Assembly: GCA_002269645.1 (NCBI GenBank)
Contig: NIVC01003981.1
Location: forward strand, 1-64,000
From: Macrostomum lignano
Lineage: Eukaryota
Reading direction: 5' to 3'
DNA: 64,000 bases
Shown here: piece by piece, positions 46,955 to 59,019 of the stretch
How the letters are laid out: each line of letters begins with the position of its first letter
Numbering within the stretch: position 1 is the first letter of the stretch
Notes under the pieces: generated by a model
The model's input: the letters and a program-made list of their open reading frames with translations, nothing else
Database searches by the model: none
Told to the model about the DNA's origin: nothing
Translations under genes and position numbers: made by a program

Positions 46955-47221
46955 TCCGAGGTGCTGCAACGCCACATGGAAATTGTTTCACTGGTTGGCA
47001 CCATCAGCCAGGGCGGCCAATCGTGCCATCTGCATATTTGCCTGTCAGACGAGCACGGCCGTGCGATTGGTGGCCACCTCCTTGGCGACGATATTGTGTA
47101 CACAACTGCCGAGGTTGTCCTTGGCTGTCACGCTGGTCTGGTCTTTACCAGGGAGCCGGACCCGGCGACGGCTTTTGACGAATTAGTTGTGACTGCGGCG
47201 CCGGCTTTGAAGCCTAAATGA
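46955..47221 (+). CDS. PPC/DUF296-domain protein, last coding exon
   Basis: Acceptor ttttattgcAG|TCC, phase 0. MEIVSLVGTIS....CHLHICLSDEHGRAIGGHL.....VYTTAEVVLG....LVFTREPDPATAFDELVV contains the hallmark EIVSLxGT, HLH and GGHL motifs. Confidence 0.92.
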   Translation, partial: SEVLQRHMEIVSLVGTISQGGQSCHLHICLSDEHGRAIGGHLLGDDIVYTTAEVVLGCHAGLVFTREPDPATAFDELVVTAAPALKPK

Positions 47222-47548
47222 ATATTTTTTGGTGTAAACCAAAATAAATGACGGTTTGTTATTGTGCCAATATTTCGCTGTTTTAAAGGTCTCGTACAGT
47301 GCAATCAGGTCAGAATTAAATGTATAACTAAGCGTTATCACGACACTTCTATCTAGATTTTATACTGCGTTACTAACTTGTATGTACACAAGAAAGCAAA
47401 TTCCAATATTTCAAATGCCAGAAACGATGCAACTGCAATAAAGATAATTACCTATCTAATTTATGCTTACTTACTATTTTATTAAGCAAGCCTTTTATTT
47501 TATTAAGGTGTATTTTTACTACTTTATTCTCTGCTTTAGACTAAAAGT

Positions 47549-47878
47549 GGGTTGTAGCCTAGTGGTCAGAGCGTCGGACTCACGACTTGAAGGTCGGGGG
47601 TTCGATTCCCGATCCTACTGAAACAATTTGTATCCTTGAGCAAGAAATTAAACTCTGCATTGCTTCAGTTCACCCAGCTGTAAAATGGGTGCCAGCATTA
47701 GCTGGGGTAATTGAGGGTGTGTGGCGACCCCCCCCCCCCCCAGTCCTTGGACTGAACAGCCGTACGCAGCCTTCAGATGCGCCGGGCAATAGCTGCGGCT
47801 GAGCTGTCCGTTGCACACATCTGCTCATTAAGGCCCATTAAGACAGGTGTAATCAATTATTATTATTATTATTATTAT
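47549..47878 (+). mobile_element. tRNA-derived SINE with (ATT)n tail
   Basis: A box TAGCCTAGTGG, B box GGTTCGATTCC, body CCTTGAGCAAG...TTGCTTCAGTTCACCCAGCTGTAAAATGGG and ATT tail. A second copy lies at 58555-58830. Confidence 0.85.
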
Positions 47879-48536
47879 ATTATTTAGACTAACCAATTGA
47901 AATTTCGGATACTCTGAATCTAAAGCGACTTTTGTCATTTAAAATTTTTAATCTTACATGTAGTAGATTGGCGTTAATCAATAACTACCCCTGCCCGTAG
48001 GTCTACTTAATTTCAGCTAATTAAATGTTAAATCTACATAAAATTTGAACAAGGATTGTTCGAGTGACAGAATTACTACGTTTAATTTTTGGAAATGTTT
48101 AGAAAGGCAGGTTTTACCGAAAAAATACGTCTATCTATGCATGCTCAGCTATATATAAGTTATAACTTTATAATCTGCAATCTATAATTAATAGCCTTCA
48201 TTAAACCAGAGAATAAAAGGCTTCAATTTTTAGGCTAAGTACTCTCCTACATGTATAGGCCATATTTATGAAAAAGCTTAATTTTTTTAGTAAGTCTAGT
48301 CAATTTAATTAACTTCGAATCCTTATCTTTTGAGCAAAAAAACTCTATGAACATCAATTAGAGCTAGCTATAAGAAAGGCAAGTCATATATCAGAAGATG
48401 TACGCTAGGATCTGTCTCCTGTGAAAAGCAACGACAAATTTTGAAACGTAGTTTTCCATCCTGCTTCAGTAGTCCCCGAGTTGAAGCTTTCTATTTTAAG
48501 CTTTTTACGTTCGCTTTCGAAGATTAATATTGGAGC

Positions 48537-49229
48537 CAAGGACGACTTAAGTAGGACGGGAAACCTCGTTTCTTAGAAAAGTTTTGAAGGCACTTTTTCC
48601 CGAAAAAATACACTACGGGGATAGGAAGTTTTCATTTTTCAGCACAAAAATTGTTATTGCGTTTGATAGGAGGCAGATCCAGTGTTCATCTCTTGATATG
48701 TTGTGCTTTTTTTATTTCTCTATCGATATTTATAAAGCTTTTCGTTTAGAAAACTAGGATTCTATGTTAATTTTTGATTCTACGTATATTTCCTGTATCT
48801 AAAAATCACAAAAATGCATGACACAGCTCCAATATTTGGTTTTATGAACCTATTTTATCATCTCTGTTACAAATATTTGTTACACAGTCGGGTAAGAATG
48901 ACAAAATAGACTCATAAAACCAAAGAGCCGAGCCGTGGCATTCTAATGTATTTCAAGCACAAGACACGCGAAAATATACGTAGAATAAAAAATTAACATA
49001 GAATCCTAGTTTTCTAAACGAAAAGCTTTATAAATATCGATAGAGCAATAAAAAAGGCACAACATATCAAAATATGAACACTGGATCTGCCTCCTATCAA
49101 ACGCAATAACAATTTTTGTGCTGAAAAATGAAAACTTCCTATCTCCGTAGTGTATTTTTTCGGGAAAAAGTGCCTTCAAAACTTTTCTAAGAAACGAGGT
49201 TTCCCGTCCTTCTACTTAAGTCGTCCTTG
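48537..49229. mobile_element. Foldback-like hAT-type MITE (693 bp) with about 260-bp TIRs
   Basis: Termini CAAGGACGACTTAAGTAG / CTACTTAAGTCGTCCTTG; perfect 8-bp TSD ATTGGAGC (48529-48536 and 49230-49237). Confidence 0.92.
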
Positions 49230-49880
49230 ATTGGAGCAATGTCTGCAGTTTCGCGAATAACCGCTCGACACGCGCCTAAGCTAGTAGGCCGGCGGTGCAG
49301 AGTGCAGCGAGAAAAAGACGACCATCGACCTCCCACTCCCCTAGCCTCTGGCGTTCACTGACTTAAAGTTATCTGTTACTACTGTAAATTTTGCTGAAGG
49401 ACAGCCTTTTCGCTACGGGGTACGTGTTTGCGTAGTACCTCATGTATATTTCACGGCTTAAAGTATATAACAAACTTATTTAGTAAAACACATCTTAGAT
49501 TTAAAAAATAAAAACTAATGTATAACAGTTGCTATATTTATTTTCGAAACGAAAATTAAACTGAAGCATTTATTCAACAAATCATATTTATGATTGCGAT
49601 GAAATAAAATTTCGTCATTTTCTTGACCTGGCCTGCCTCTTCTAGATCATCAAATAAATACGTTAAGATTACATACATAGATAAAGTATCTTGTTAATAA
49701 ACTTCAATCCAATCGACCGACCTATTGTAATATAACGATTTATTAATTAATTTGAGCAAATTAGTGATATCTAATAAGTTTTAGTTCAAATAAGTCAAGT
49801 AAAGTATCACTTTTTGGATAAAAAAGCAAGCTTGATTTTTTTGATTTCGTGTGACAGACAGACAGGCTTTGGAATTAACT

Positions 49881-49907
49881 ATGGACATGGAGGAATCATC
49901 TGAACCA
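49881..49907 (+). CDS. EIF2S2: eIF2-beta copy B, coding exon 1 (MDMEESSEP)
   Basis: 27 nt, phase-0 donor cca|GTAAGT, in frame with 53177. Homologous to MEMEEPAEP of copy A. Confidence 0.8.
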
Positions 49908-49968
49908 GTAAGTGTATACTAGCAGCCTACCAATTCATTTATTAAGGTATAAGCAGTGGTGTTGGAGC

Positions 49969-50140
49969 CAGTAGTGGATCCAGAAAATTTTGAATTGGGG
50001 GCACAGACTACTAACTTTAAGCCAGGTACATATATATGCATATCATGTACAAGTATTATATACATGATAATGTGTATTTTACATATAAAAAACTCGATGG
50101 GGGAGGCGCACCTTGTGCACCCCCTCTAAATCTGCTATTG
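49969..50140. mobile_element. Short hAT-type MITE (172 bp) in eIF2-beta B intron 1
   Basis: CAGTAGTGGATCCAGA ... TAAATCTGCTATTG imperfect TIR; flanks GTTGGAGC / GTTAGAGC (8 bp, 1 mismatch). Confidence 0.7.
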
Positions 50141-51054
50141 GTTAGAGCATATTTCAAATTGGGAGGGGCCATTGTTGTATTGATGTGAGGGCACATTGCA
50201 TGGCTCTGGCTGAAGTCATCATATTTGAGATTGTCATATTTGGTTACAAGAAAAACAACTAAATTATATAATCATGATTGTCTTAGCATTAGGCAATACT
50301 GCATTCACTAAATCATTATATTATATTTCATTGGCTACGCAAGGATATGGGCTCTCATAGTAGCAATATGTTCTTATTTGCCAACAAAATGATTTTCAAC
50401 TGTAATTGTAAATTACATTCATACCATTCGCTTAAAAGATAGGCCTATAAAAGCGTTGTACTAATTCCTATATTAAAGTTAATAGTCTAACTGAATATTT
50501 AAGTTTTAATTAAGAATGATAGAAAGATTGCCTTGAAATGGTTTGATAGGCTAGGGCCTAACTCTATAATTAGAAGCAGATGTATTTTTTAAACTTGAGT
50601 TATAAACTTGAGTTATATTATTTTTTAGCTATTATAAAAATTTGCTTCAACTTATTCTAGGGTCCTATATTTTTTGTTTCATTTGGTTTCATTTTCAAGA
50701 AACTTAATGAATTCGTGATATTCAAATGTTAACATCTTATGGATTGCCCCAACCAAGTTTTCATCTTTATATGATAATTTAGAATATAACAATTTTGACC
50801 ATACCCCATTGTACATGTCAATGTGCTCAAGCAAGTTAATGTGCCTTTAGATTAGCCTAAAAATGTATATCTTTAATTTACAAAATGGCATTCTTTCATT
50901 TTATGATCACTTAGCACTGTCCCTATGGGAGTTGGGACTTTTGTTATACAATCCCCCCACAGAGGACAGAAAATTGCTCTTAAAATCAAACTTCAAAATG
51001 GGACCACTTCTGTGTCATTTTAATATAAAATATTGTGTCTTATAGAAGTTAGAA

Positions 51055-51720
51055 GCCTATCCTTATATTTACTTTTGTTATGCGATCATTTAAATGGTGA
51101 ATTTATATGCAGATGATTGCAAGACGAAACCAAAAGAGCTTGTAGATTTCGACTTACAATCACACCAATAGTAAAATTGTATTGGAAAGATCGTATGACA
51201 AAATGGTAGGAAATTGTCACTATAATAGACGTTTCAACCAAACAATCAATTGCAGCCTCTAATATGTCTACAAACTGAAAGCCACCTGGCTCTTTTTACA
51301 TGGCTCTTTTTGTATGCCTTTTTGGGCACCGCTGCCGCCCTATGCCCCCCTTCATTTTCGTCATACATTCACCCCTCAGTATAACACATAGGTCCAATGA
51401 ACTGGGGGGATTTTATGACAAAAGTGAGGGGGTGGCGCTTATGAATCTTATAATGAATACAATTTTATTCTTGAACCCTGTAGATCAATGATGGAGATCA
51501 ATGTAGCAGTTCATATCTTAAGTTGCCGTGAACTAGTGCAACTTCACCAGGGATGTAATGTGTAATCCATTTACTTTCGTCATACAATCCCTTTAATATA
51601 ATTCTATCAATGCGGTGATCGTAATTCAAAACCTACAAGCTCTTTCAGTTTTGTCTTGTGATCATCTACATATAAGTTCACCATTTAAATGATCATATGA
51701 CGAAAGTGAATATAAGCTAT
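51055..51720. mobile_element. Diverged MITE with about 130-bp inverted ends, with a smaller inverted-repeat element inside (about 51330-51440)
   Basis: GATCATTTAAATGGTGAATTTATATGCAGATGAT..AGAGCTTGTAG (51086-51145) is inverted at 51625-51695. TSD not resolved. Confidence 0.65.
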
Positions 51721-53176
51721 GTGCTTTCATAACTAATGCTATGCCCACAATCCTCAAGTTGATTGAAAAGTGAGTTGCAGTGATGAATTAGGTTGACTGG
51801 AAAGTGAGTTGCAATGATTTTGTTCTTGGAAAATAAATGTGAAACATACTTTTTGATAAACTAAAGTGTCTTTTTTGACTCTTTTTAATGGGGATCGTAA
51901 GACAAAACTTGACCTTATCAGGGATTGTAAAACAAAAGAATGCCTACAAAATTAATGATTTTTCAATTACAAAAGCCAATTTTTACTAAAAATTACTTTT
52001 AATTTTGATATTAAAATTATTGTCTCTAGTATTTGGTTTAATGATAAATACTAAATAACAGCAATATATTCAATGAAAATATTGATACATTTTAAAACAA
52101 TAGACAATCAATTACTAATTAGTAAAACTGATGAATAGACAGTCCTATATATATATATATAAAAGCTGCAGTAATGAAGGCATAGTAGGCATATCTATCT
52201 TCTTTGACTAACCACTCACTAAGTCTACCCATTTGTCTAATAGTCTAACTTTGTACCAAAGACATCTTTTAAGCCATGTCATTTTATGCTTATTTACAAA
52301 AATAATTTTGAAGTTTGCATTTTTAGATATAGGCAAAATGACATTAGTATCAAAAAGCATTGAACTGGCATTTAAATTAGCTAATAAGTGAACCAATTAT
52401 TGAATCAATATTTACTATATTTATACTGCTTCTTGCTAGAATGTTGCATGCTTGTTTTTGGGCCATAGACAAAATTCATAGAAAAAGCTATAGATAGAAG
52501 CCATAGACTCTAAGTATTTTTTACTCTTCAAATTTACACATAGCATGAACAAATCCAATCTAGTTTAGTTCATCTTCTAGAATATTATGATATTATTATT
52601 AGCTTACCCTTCAACCATTTATTTGGTTCTATTGCTAGTTGCAATATAATCATATTGCAAAGCTATTGTTAAGTGCTCACATTACAAATAGCATGTCTTA
52701 CATTAGAAAGATAGCAAAAACACATGCATTTTGAGCCTCACTGCTAGTTGTCTATAGTAAAGAGTATGTCAAACCCGCAGGCAATTAATTCCTTGGAGAA
52801 ATCATTTAAGCACTATCTTGCTTGGCCTTTTCATTTATTTCATGCATGCCTCCAACCAAACCAACCAGGAAGCTCCATATGAAAAAGTTACAATATAGAA
52901 CAAGGTTCAGCAAGAAAAAGTTCACTTAACAAAACCTGCATATAAAGAAGCACATGACAAAAAGTTTTTTGTATGTTTAGACTTCATTAAGTTACATAAT
53001 CACCTCCCCAGCGATACAGCCTGTGCGAATTCTTGCCTGTGTGCTAAGTTGGCAATGCTTCTATTGTTATCGCCTCTGTCAATAGTGTCGATTATCAATC
53101 TATGCTTTTCGTCGCTAATCTTCGTTCGTTGCTCTTTGTTTGCAATGCCTTTCACTCCCCTGTTTGACTCGCGCAG

Positions 53177-53878
53177 ATGTTCGACCCGAGCATAAAAAAG
53201 AAGAAGAATAAGAAGAAGGAGCTGGCCGAGGAGACCCCAGCAGTGGATGAGGAGCTTGAAGCAGACTTTAACCTCGAAACAAAGAAGAAGAAGAAGCCGC
53301 CGAAGGAGCGACCCGCGGCGACGGCTGAGCAGCCTGAGGAGGACGGAGGCCAAGGCGCGGCGTCAGCTGTGGAGGGAGATGGAAGCGAGGACAAGGATTA
53401 CAGCTACAGCGAGCTGCTCAGCCGGGCCTTCCGCGCCATGATGGAGCGGAACCCGGATATGCTGTCGGAGAAGAAGAAGGTGGTGATGAAGCCTCCGTCT
53501 CTGATGCGAGTTGGAACCAAGAAGACCGCCTTTGCCAACTTCACGGAGATCAGCAAGCAGATTCGAAGGAAGCCGGACCACCTGTTGGCTTACCTTCTAA
53601 CTGAGCTGGGCACCACCGGGTCGGTTGATGGGAACAACCAGCTCATTATTAAGGGCAGATTCCAGACTAAGAACATTGAATCGGTGCTGCGCTCGTACAT
53701 CAAGGAGTACGTGATGTGCCACACGTGCCGGTCTCACGACACTGAGCTCGTTAAGGAGACTCGGCTGTTCTTCCTGCAGTGCAGCACCTGCGGCAGTCGG
53801 TGCTCAGTTGCCAGCATCAAGTCTGGATTTCAGGCCCAGGTGGGCAGGAGAGCTGCGCAGAGGGCCAAGGCCACGTGA
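53177..53878 (+). CDS. EIF2S2: Translation initiation factor eIF2 beta subunit, copy B, coding exon 2
   Basis: Same sequence as copy A plus one extra Lys codon in K-box 1. AATAAA near 54150. Confidence 0.97.
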   Translation: MFDPSIKKKKNKKKELAEETPAVDEELEADFNLETKKKKKPPKERPAATAEQPEEDGGQGAASAVEGDGSEDKDYSYSELLSRAFRAMMERNPDMLSEKKKVVMKPPSLMRVGTKKTAFANFTEISKQIRRKPDHLLAYLLTELGTTGSVDGNNQLIIKGRFQTKNIESVLRSYIKEYVMCHTCRSHDTELVKETRLFFLQCSTCGSRCSVASIKSGFQAQVGRRAAQRAKAT

Positions 53879-54231
53879 CACTGTGTTAGGGAGAATAGCT
53901 GGATAATGAGGGCATTGCTCTGTGTATGAAGGTGGTTGCTGACTGATTGATTGTCCATGTCTTGTGCTGCATGAACTTGACTGCTGGCGGGTGAACTTTA
54001 TGTGGCAATGTTGGGCTCAAATATGTACACCAGTTGAATGCTTAAGTGTCTGAATGGCAAATATAAGCTGAGAAGTCATTGTCAGAAGTGAAGCTGTTAA
54101 GTGGATGGGTATAAGTTATCTATTCAGTGCATATTTGCTGTCAAACTGCAATAAACTTGCTGTTTAATTGGTTGTTGCTTTTATCTAAATTGACCGGCTT
54201 CGGAGTCTTAAGACCTGGGTGCGATCCCCAA

Positions 54232-57052
54232 CTGTGAGATTTGTGGCTTTGATCCTCAGCTGTGAGATTTGTGGCTTCGATCCTCAGCTGTGAGATTTGT
54301 GGCTTCGATCCTCAGCTGTGAGATTTGTGACTTCGATCCTCAGCTGTGAGATTTGTGGCTTCGATCCTCAGCTGTGAGATTTGTGGCTTTGATCCTCAGC
54401 TGTGAGATTTGTGGCTTCGATCCTCAGCTGTGAGATTTGTGGCTTCGATCCTCAGCTGTGAGATTTGTGGCTTCGATCCTCAGCTGTGAGATTTGTGGCT
54501 TCGATCCTCAGCTGTGAGATTTGTGGCTTCGATCCTCAGCTGTGAGATTTGTGGCTTTTATGTTTAACTGTGAGATTTGTGGCTTCGATCCTCAGCTGTG
54601 AGATTTGTGGCTTTTATGTTTAACTGTGAGATTTGTGGCTTCGATCCTCAGCTGTGAGATTTGTGGCTTTTATGTTTAACTGTGAGATTTGTGGCTTCGA
54701 TCCTCAGCTGTGAGATTTGTGGCTTTTATGTTTAACTGTGAGATTTGTGGCTTCGATCCTCAGCTGTGAGATTTGTGGCTTTTATGTTTAACTGTGAGAT
54801 TTGTGGCTTCGATCCTCAGCTGTGAGATTTGTGGCTTCGATCCTCAGCTGTGAGATTTGTGACTTTCATCTCCAGCTGTGAGATTTGTGGCTTTTATGTT
54901 TAACTGTGAGATTTGTGGCTTCGATCCTCAACTGTGAGATTTGTGGCTTCGATCCTCAGCTGTGAGATTTGTGACTTTCATCTCCAGCTGTGAGATTTGT
55001 GGCTTTTATGTTTAACTGTGAGATTTGTGGCTTCGATCCTCAGCTGTGAGATTTGTGGCTTTTATGTTTAACTGTGAGATTTGTGGCTTCGATCCTCAGC
55101 TGTGAGATTTGTGGCTTCGATCCTCAGCTGTGAGATTTGTGACTTTCATCTCCAGCTGTGAGATTTGTGGCTTTTATGTTTAACTGTGAGATTTGTGGCT
55201 TCGATCCTCAGCTGTGAGATTTGTGGCTTCGATCCTCAGCTGTGAGATTTGTGACTTTCATCTCCAGCTGTGAGATTTGTGGCTTCGATCCTCAGCTGTG
55301 AGATTGTGGCTTCGATCCTCAGCTGTGAGATTTGTGGCTTCGATCCTCAGCTGTGAGATTGTGGCTTCGATCCTCAGCTGTGAGATTTGTGGCTTTTATG
55401 TTTAACTGTGAGATTTGTGGCTTCGATCCTCAGCTGTGAGATTTGTGGCTTTTATGTTTAACTGTGAGATTTGTGGCTTCGATCCTCAGCTGTGAGATTG
55501 TGGCTTCGATCCTCAGCTGTGAGATTTGTGACTTCGATCCTCAGCTGTGAGATTTGTGGCTTCGATCCTCAGCTGTGAGATTGTGGCTTCGATCCTCAGC
55601 TGTGAGATTTGTGGCTTCGATCCTCAGCTGTGAGATTTGTGGCTTTTATGTTTAACTGTGAGATTTGTGACTTCGATCCTCAGCTGTGAGATTTGTGGCT
55701 TCGATCCTCAGCTGTGAGATTTGTGGCTTCGATCCTCAGCTGTGAGATTTGTGGCTTCGATCCTCAGCTGTGAGATTGTGGCTTCGATCCTCAGCTGTGA
55801 GATTTGTGGCTTCGATCCTCAGCTGTGAGATTTGTGGCTTTTATGTTTAACTGTGAGATTTGTGGCTTCGATCCTCAGCTGTGAGATTTGTGGCTTTTAT
55901 GTTTAACTGTGAGATTTGTGGCTTCGATCCTCAGCTGTGAGATTGTGGCTTCGATCCTCAGCTGTGAGATTTGTGGCTTCGATCCTCAGCTGTGAGATTT
56001 GTGGCTTCGATCCTCAGCTGTGAGATTGTGGCTTCGATCCTCAGCTGTGAGATTTGTGGCTTCGATCCTCAGCTGTGAGATTTGTGGCTTCGATCCTCAG
56101 CTGTGAGATTTGTGGCTTTTATGTTTAACTGTGAGATTTGTGGCTTCGATCCTCAGCTGTGAGATTTGTGACTTCGATCCTCAGCTGTGAGATTTGTGGC
56201 TTCGATCCTCAGCTGTGAGATTGTGGCTTCGATCCTCAGCTGTGAGATTTGTGGCTTTTATGTTTAACTGTGAGATTTGTGACTTCGATCCTCAGCTGTG
56301 AGATTGTGGCTTCGATCCTCAGCTGTGAGATTTGTGGCTTCGATCCTCAGCTGTGAGATTGTGGCTTCGATCCTCAGCTGTGAGATTTGTGGCTTCGATC
56401 CTCAGCTGTGAGATTTGTGGCTTTTATGTTTAACTGTGAGATTTGTGGCTTCGATCCTCAGCTGTGAGATTTGTGGCTTTTATGTTTAACTGTGAGATTT
56501 GTGGCTTCGATCCTCAGCTGTGAGATTGTGGCTTCGATCCTCAGCTGTGAGATTTGTGGCTTCGATCCTCAGCTGTGAGATTGTGGCTTCGATCCTCAGC
56601 TGTGAGATTTGTGGCTTCGATCCTCAGCTGTGAGATTTGTGGCTTCGATCCTCAGCTGTGAGATTTGTGGCTTTTATGTTTAACTGTGAGATTTGTGGCT
56701 TCGATCCTCAGCTGTGAGATTTGTGACTTCGATCCTCAGCTGTGAGATTTGTGGCTTCGATCCTCAGCTGTGAGATTTGTGGCTTCGATCCTCAGCTGTG
56801 AGATTTGTGGCTTCGATCCTCAGCTGTGAGATTTGTGGCTTCGATCCTCAGCTGTGAGATTTGTGGCTTTTATGTTTAACTGTGAGATTTGTGGCTTCGA
56901 TCCTCAGCTGTGAGATTTGTGGCTTTTATGTTTAGCTGTGAGATTTGTGGCTTTCATCTCCAGCTGTGAGATTTGTGGCTTTCATCTCCAGCTGTGAGAT
57001 TTGTGGCTTCGATCCTCAGCTGTGAGATTTGTGGCTTTTATGTTCAACTGTG
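54232..57052. repeat. 28-bp minisatellite (TTGTGGCTTCGATCCTCAGCTGTGAGAT)n, about 100 units, with interspersed TTTATGTTTAAC variant units
   Basis: Direct reading; orthologous to the 10-unit array at 22270-22552. Confidence 0.97.
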
Positions 57053-57704
57053 AGGTTTTTTGGATGTTGATGCGAGTCGGTTAGAAGCAGTTAGCAGTTT
57101 ACAATATTTTCGGGCACTCTGGCAGTTATTGTACCTTTAAATCGGCTAGTGAGCCTTTGCTGCGGTGTTACTGTATCCAGTTTCGGTCTTAAATATTACT
57201 CCAATACTCCATCTCATCGATTTCGAAGCCTTGTCTTATTTGCTCTTTATTCAGTGCTGGTGAAAACGTTTTGAGTTCAATTTCGAATAGTTAACAAATA
57301 TAAATTGTCCGGAATGTTGATATAATGTGCACGGGAAAATCAGATATTATATTATAACTTTTGTTTTTGTTAGTTAAAACAATTGCAGTGACTTTTTTGT
57401 TTGTCAAATCTGATTGTTGCTGACACAGAATATTGAAATACATATATTTTTTATTCGGCTAGCTTAAGTGTAAAGTTTGGGGGTATCAGCATCAACAAAT
57501 CGTAAAACAAAGAGTAATAATATATTTATAGGCAATATTTTATTCCAATAGAGTAACATTTTAATTCAAGCAACATCACGGAGGGTTTGAACCAACAGGC
57601 TATCTACTCACTGCTTGCTAATATTTGAGGTGGAAGTCATTGGTAGTTGAAATTATTTGGAACTCATTGTCAATAACTTCATTTTTCTCCAGACGAGTTC
57701 GATT

Positions 57705-57965
57705 TGCGGCTTTGGTCTGTAAGGGGTGAGATTTGTGGCTCGGATCTGTAAGGGGTGAGATTTGTGGTTTGGATCTGTAGGTGGTGGGATTTGTGGCTCG
57801 GATCTGTAAGGGGTGAGATTTGTGGCTTGGATCTGTAAGGGGTGAGATTGTGGCTTGGATCTGTAAGGGGTGAGATTTTTGGTTTGGATCTGTAAGGGGT
57901 GAGATTTGTGGCTTCGATCTCTTAAAGGGTGAGATTTTTGGATTCGATCTGTCAGTTGGTGATAT
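57705..57965. repeat. About 29-bp diverged sister array (GAGATTTGTGGCTCGGATCTGTAAGGGGT)n, about 8 units
   Basis: Shares the GAGATTTGTGGCT(T)CG(G)ATC core with the 28-mer array. Confidence 0.8.
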
Positions 57966-58146
57966 TTTTAGCCAGGATTTTTAGTATATGGATTTTTACA
58001 GGGGGTGAGAAATTTTTCTTGCATCTACGAAGGGCTATTGTTAGTCGACTCTTGATGTCCAGGACAGATTACCGACTGCATGGTCTTTAAGCTGTTCTCC
58101 TAGAAGCTCCAATTAGCTTAATCAGTCAATTGGGTACTACTTTAAG

Positions 58147-58411
58147 CTACACCGGCGGTCTCCATAGAAACGAAGGCAGCGGGTCGTTGCCAGAGTCCGG
58201 TATGAATGGCATCCCCATTAGCGGTCCGGGCGCATTGAACACGGCGGGCTGGTCTTGCTGCTGCCCAGGGGCTTCGCCTCCTTGATCGCCAGCGTTGGCA
58301 AATTCTGGCGGCGGAGTCGTTGGTCTCTGCGGATCCGGGTCCGCCGCCTCCCCCGGCTTCTTGTTGATCGACGGGCTGACCGATGCTGAAGTGGCTGCTC
58401 GGATCTTCGGG
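58147..58411 (-). CDS. EGF-containing single-pass membrane protein, last exon (Pro-rich cytoplasmic tail)
   Basis: Acceptor tcattctgcAG|C, phase 2. 265 nt = 1 + 88 codons, reading PKIRAATSAS...FLWRPPV-stop. Joins in frame to the TM exon. Confidence 0.75.
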
Positions 58412-58554
58412 CTGCAGAATGAGGATTGGGCGATCATCTAATGTTCGTACTCAAAAAATTAGAAAACTGTGATGATCGCGACTGTGAAGCGACCGATAGC
58501 AGGTAATTGGCCTCATTCGACGGCGGTTGCAGCACCAATTGTCTTCGAGTTTGT

Positions 58555-58830
58555 TATTACACTGTACACCTGCCCCAATGAGTAGATGTGTATATACAGT
58601 CGCAGCTATTGCGCGGCGCGCATCCGCGTACGGCTGTTTAGTCCAAGGACGGGGGTTCGCCACATCGCCCTCGATTACCTCAGCTAAGCTGGTACCTATT
58701 TCACAGCTTGGGTGAACTGAAGCAATGCAGAGTTAAGTGTCTTGCTCAAAGACCAATTATTCTGAGAATCGAACCCCCGACCTTTTCATTGTGAGTCCGC
58801 GACGCTTTATAACTACTAGGCTACAAACCC
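58555..58830 (-). mobile_element. tRNA-derived SINE, same family as 47549-47878
   Basis: Reverse complement GGGTTTGTAGCCTAGTAGTT...GGGGGTTCGATTC...TTGAGCAAGACACTTAACTCTGCATTGCTTCAGTTCACCCAAGCTG. Confidence 0.85.
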
Positions 58831-59019
58831 TCTACTCGTGACGAGTAAACAATGTTCTACCGGTATATAGATTAAGATACGCGTTAAACCCGGCCGGTTG
58901 ATCGATCGATCGATCCACTCAGATTTAGAAATAATATATTTAATAAATACATCATACATATGTAGATATCTCGCGCTTACCTAGGTTTACGCAAACCTGC
59001 ATAACAATTAAAGACCTTA

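Noticed and set aside
47549-47620. tRNA gene (also 58760-58830 and 59310-59383)
   Set aside because: A/B boxes are present but the stems pair poorly, and each is followed by a SINE body and tail, so these are SINE heads.
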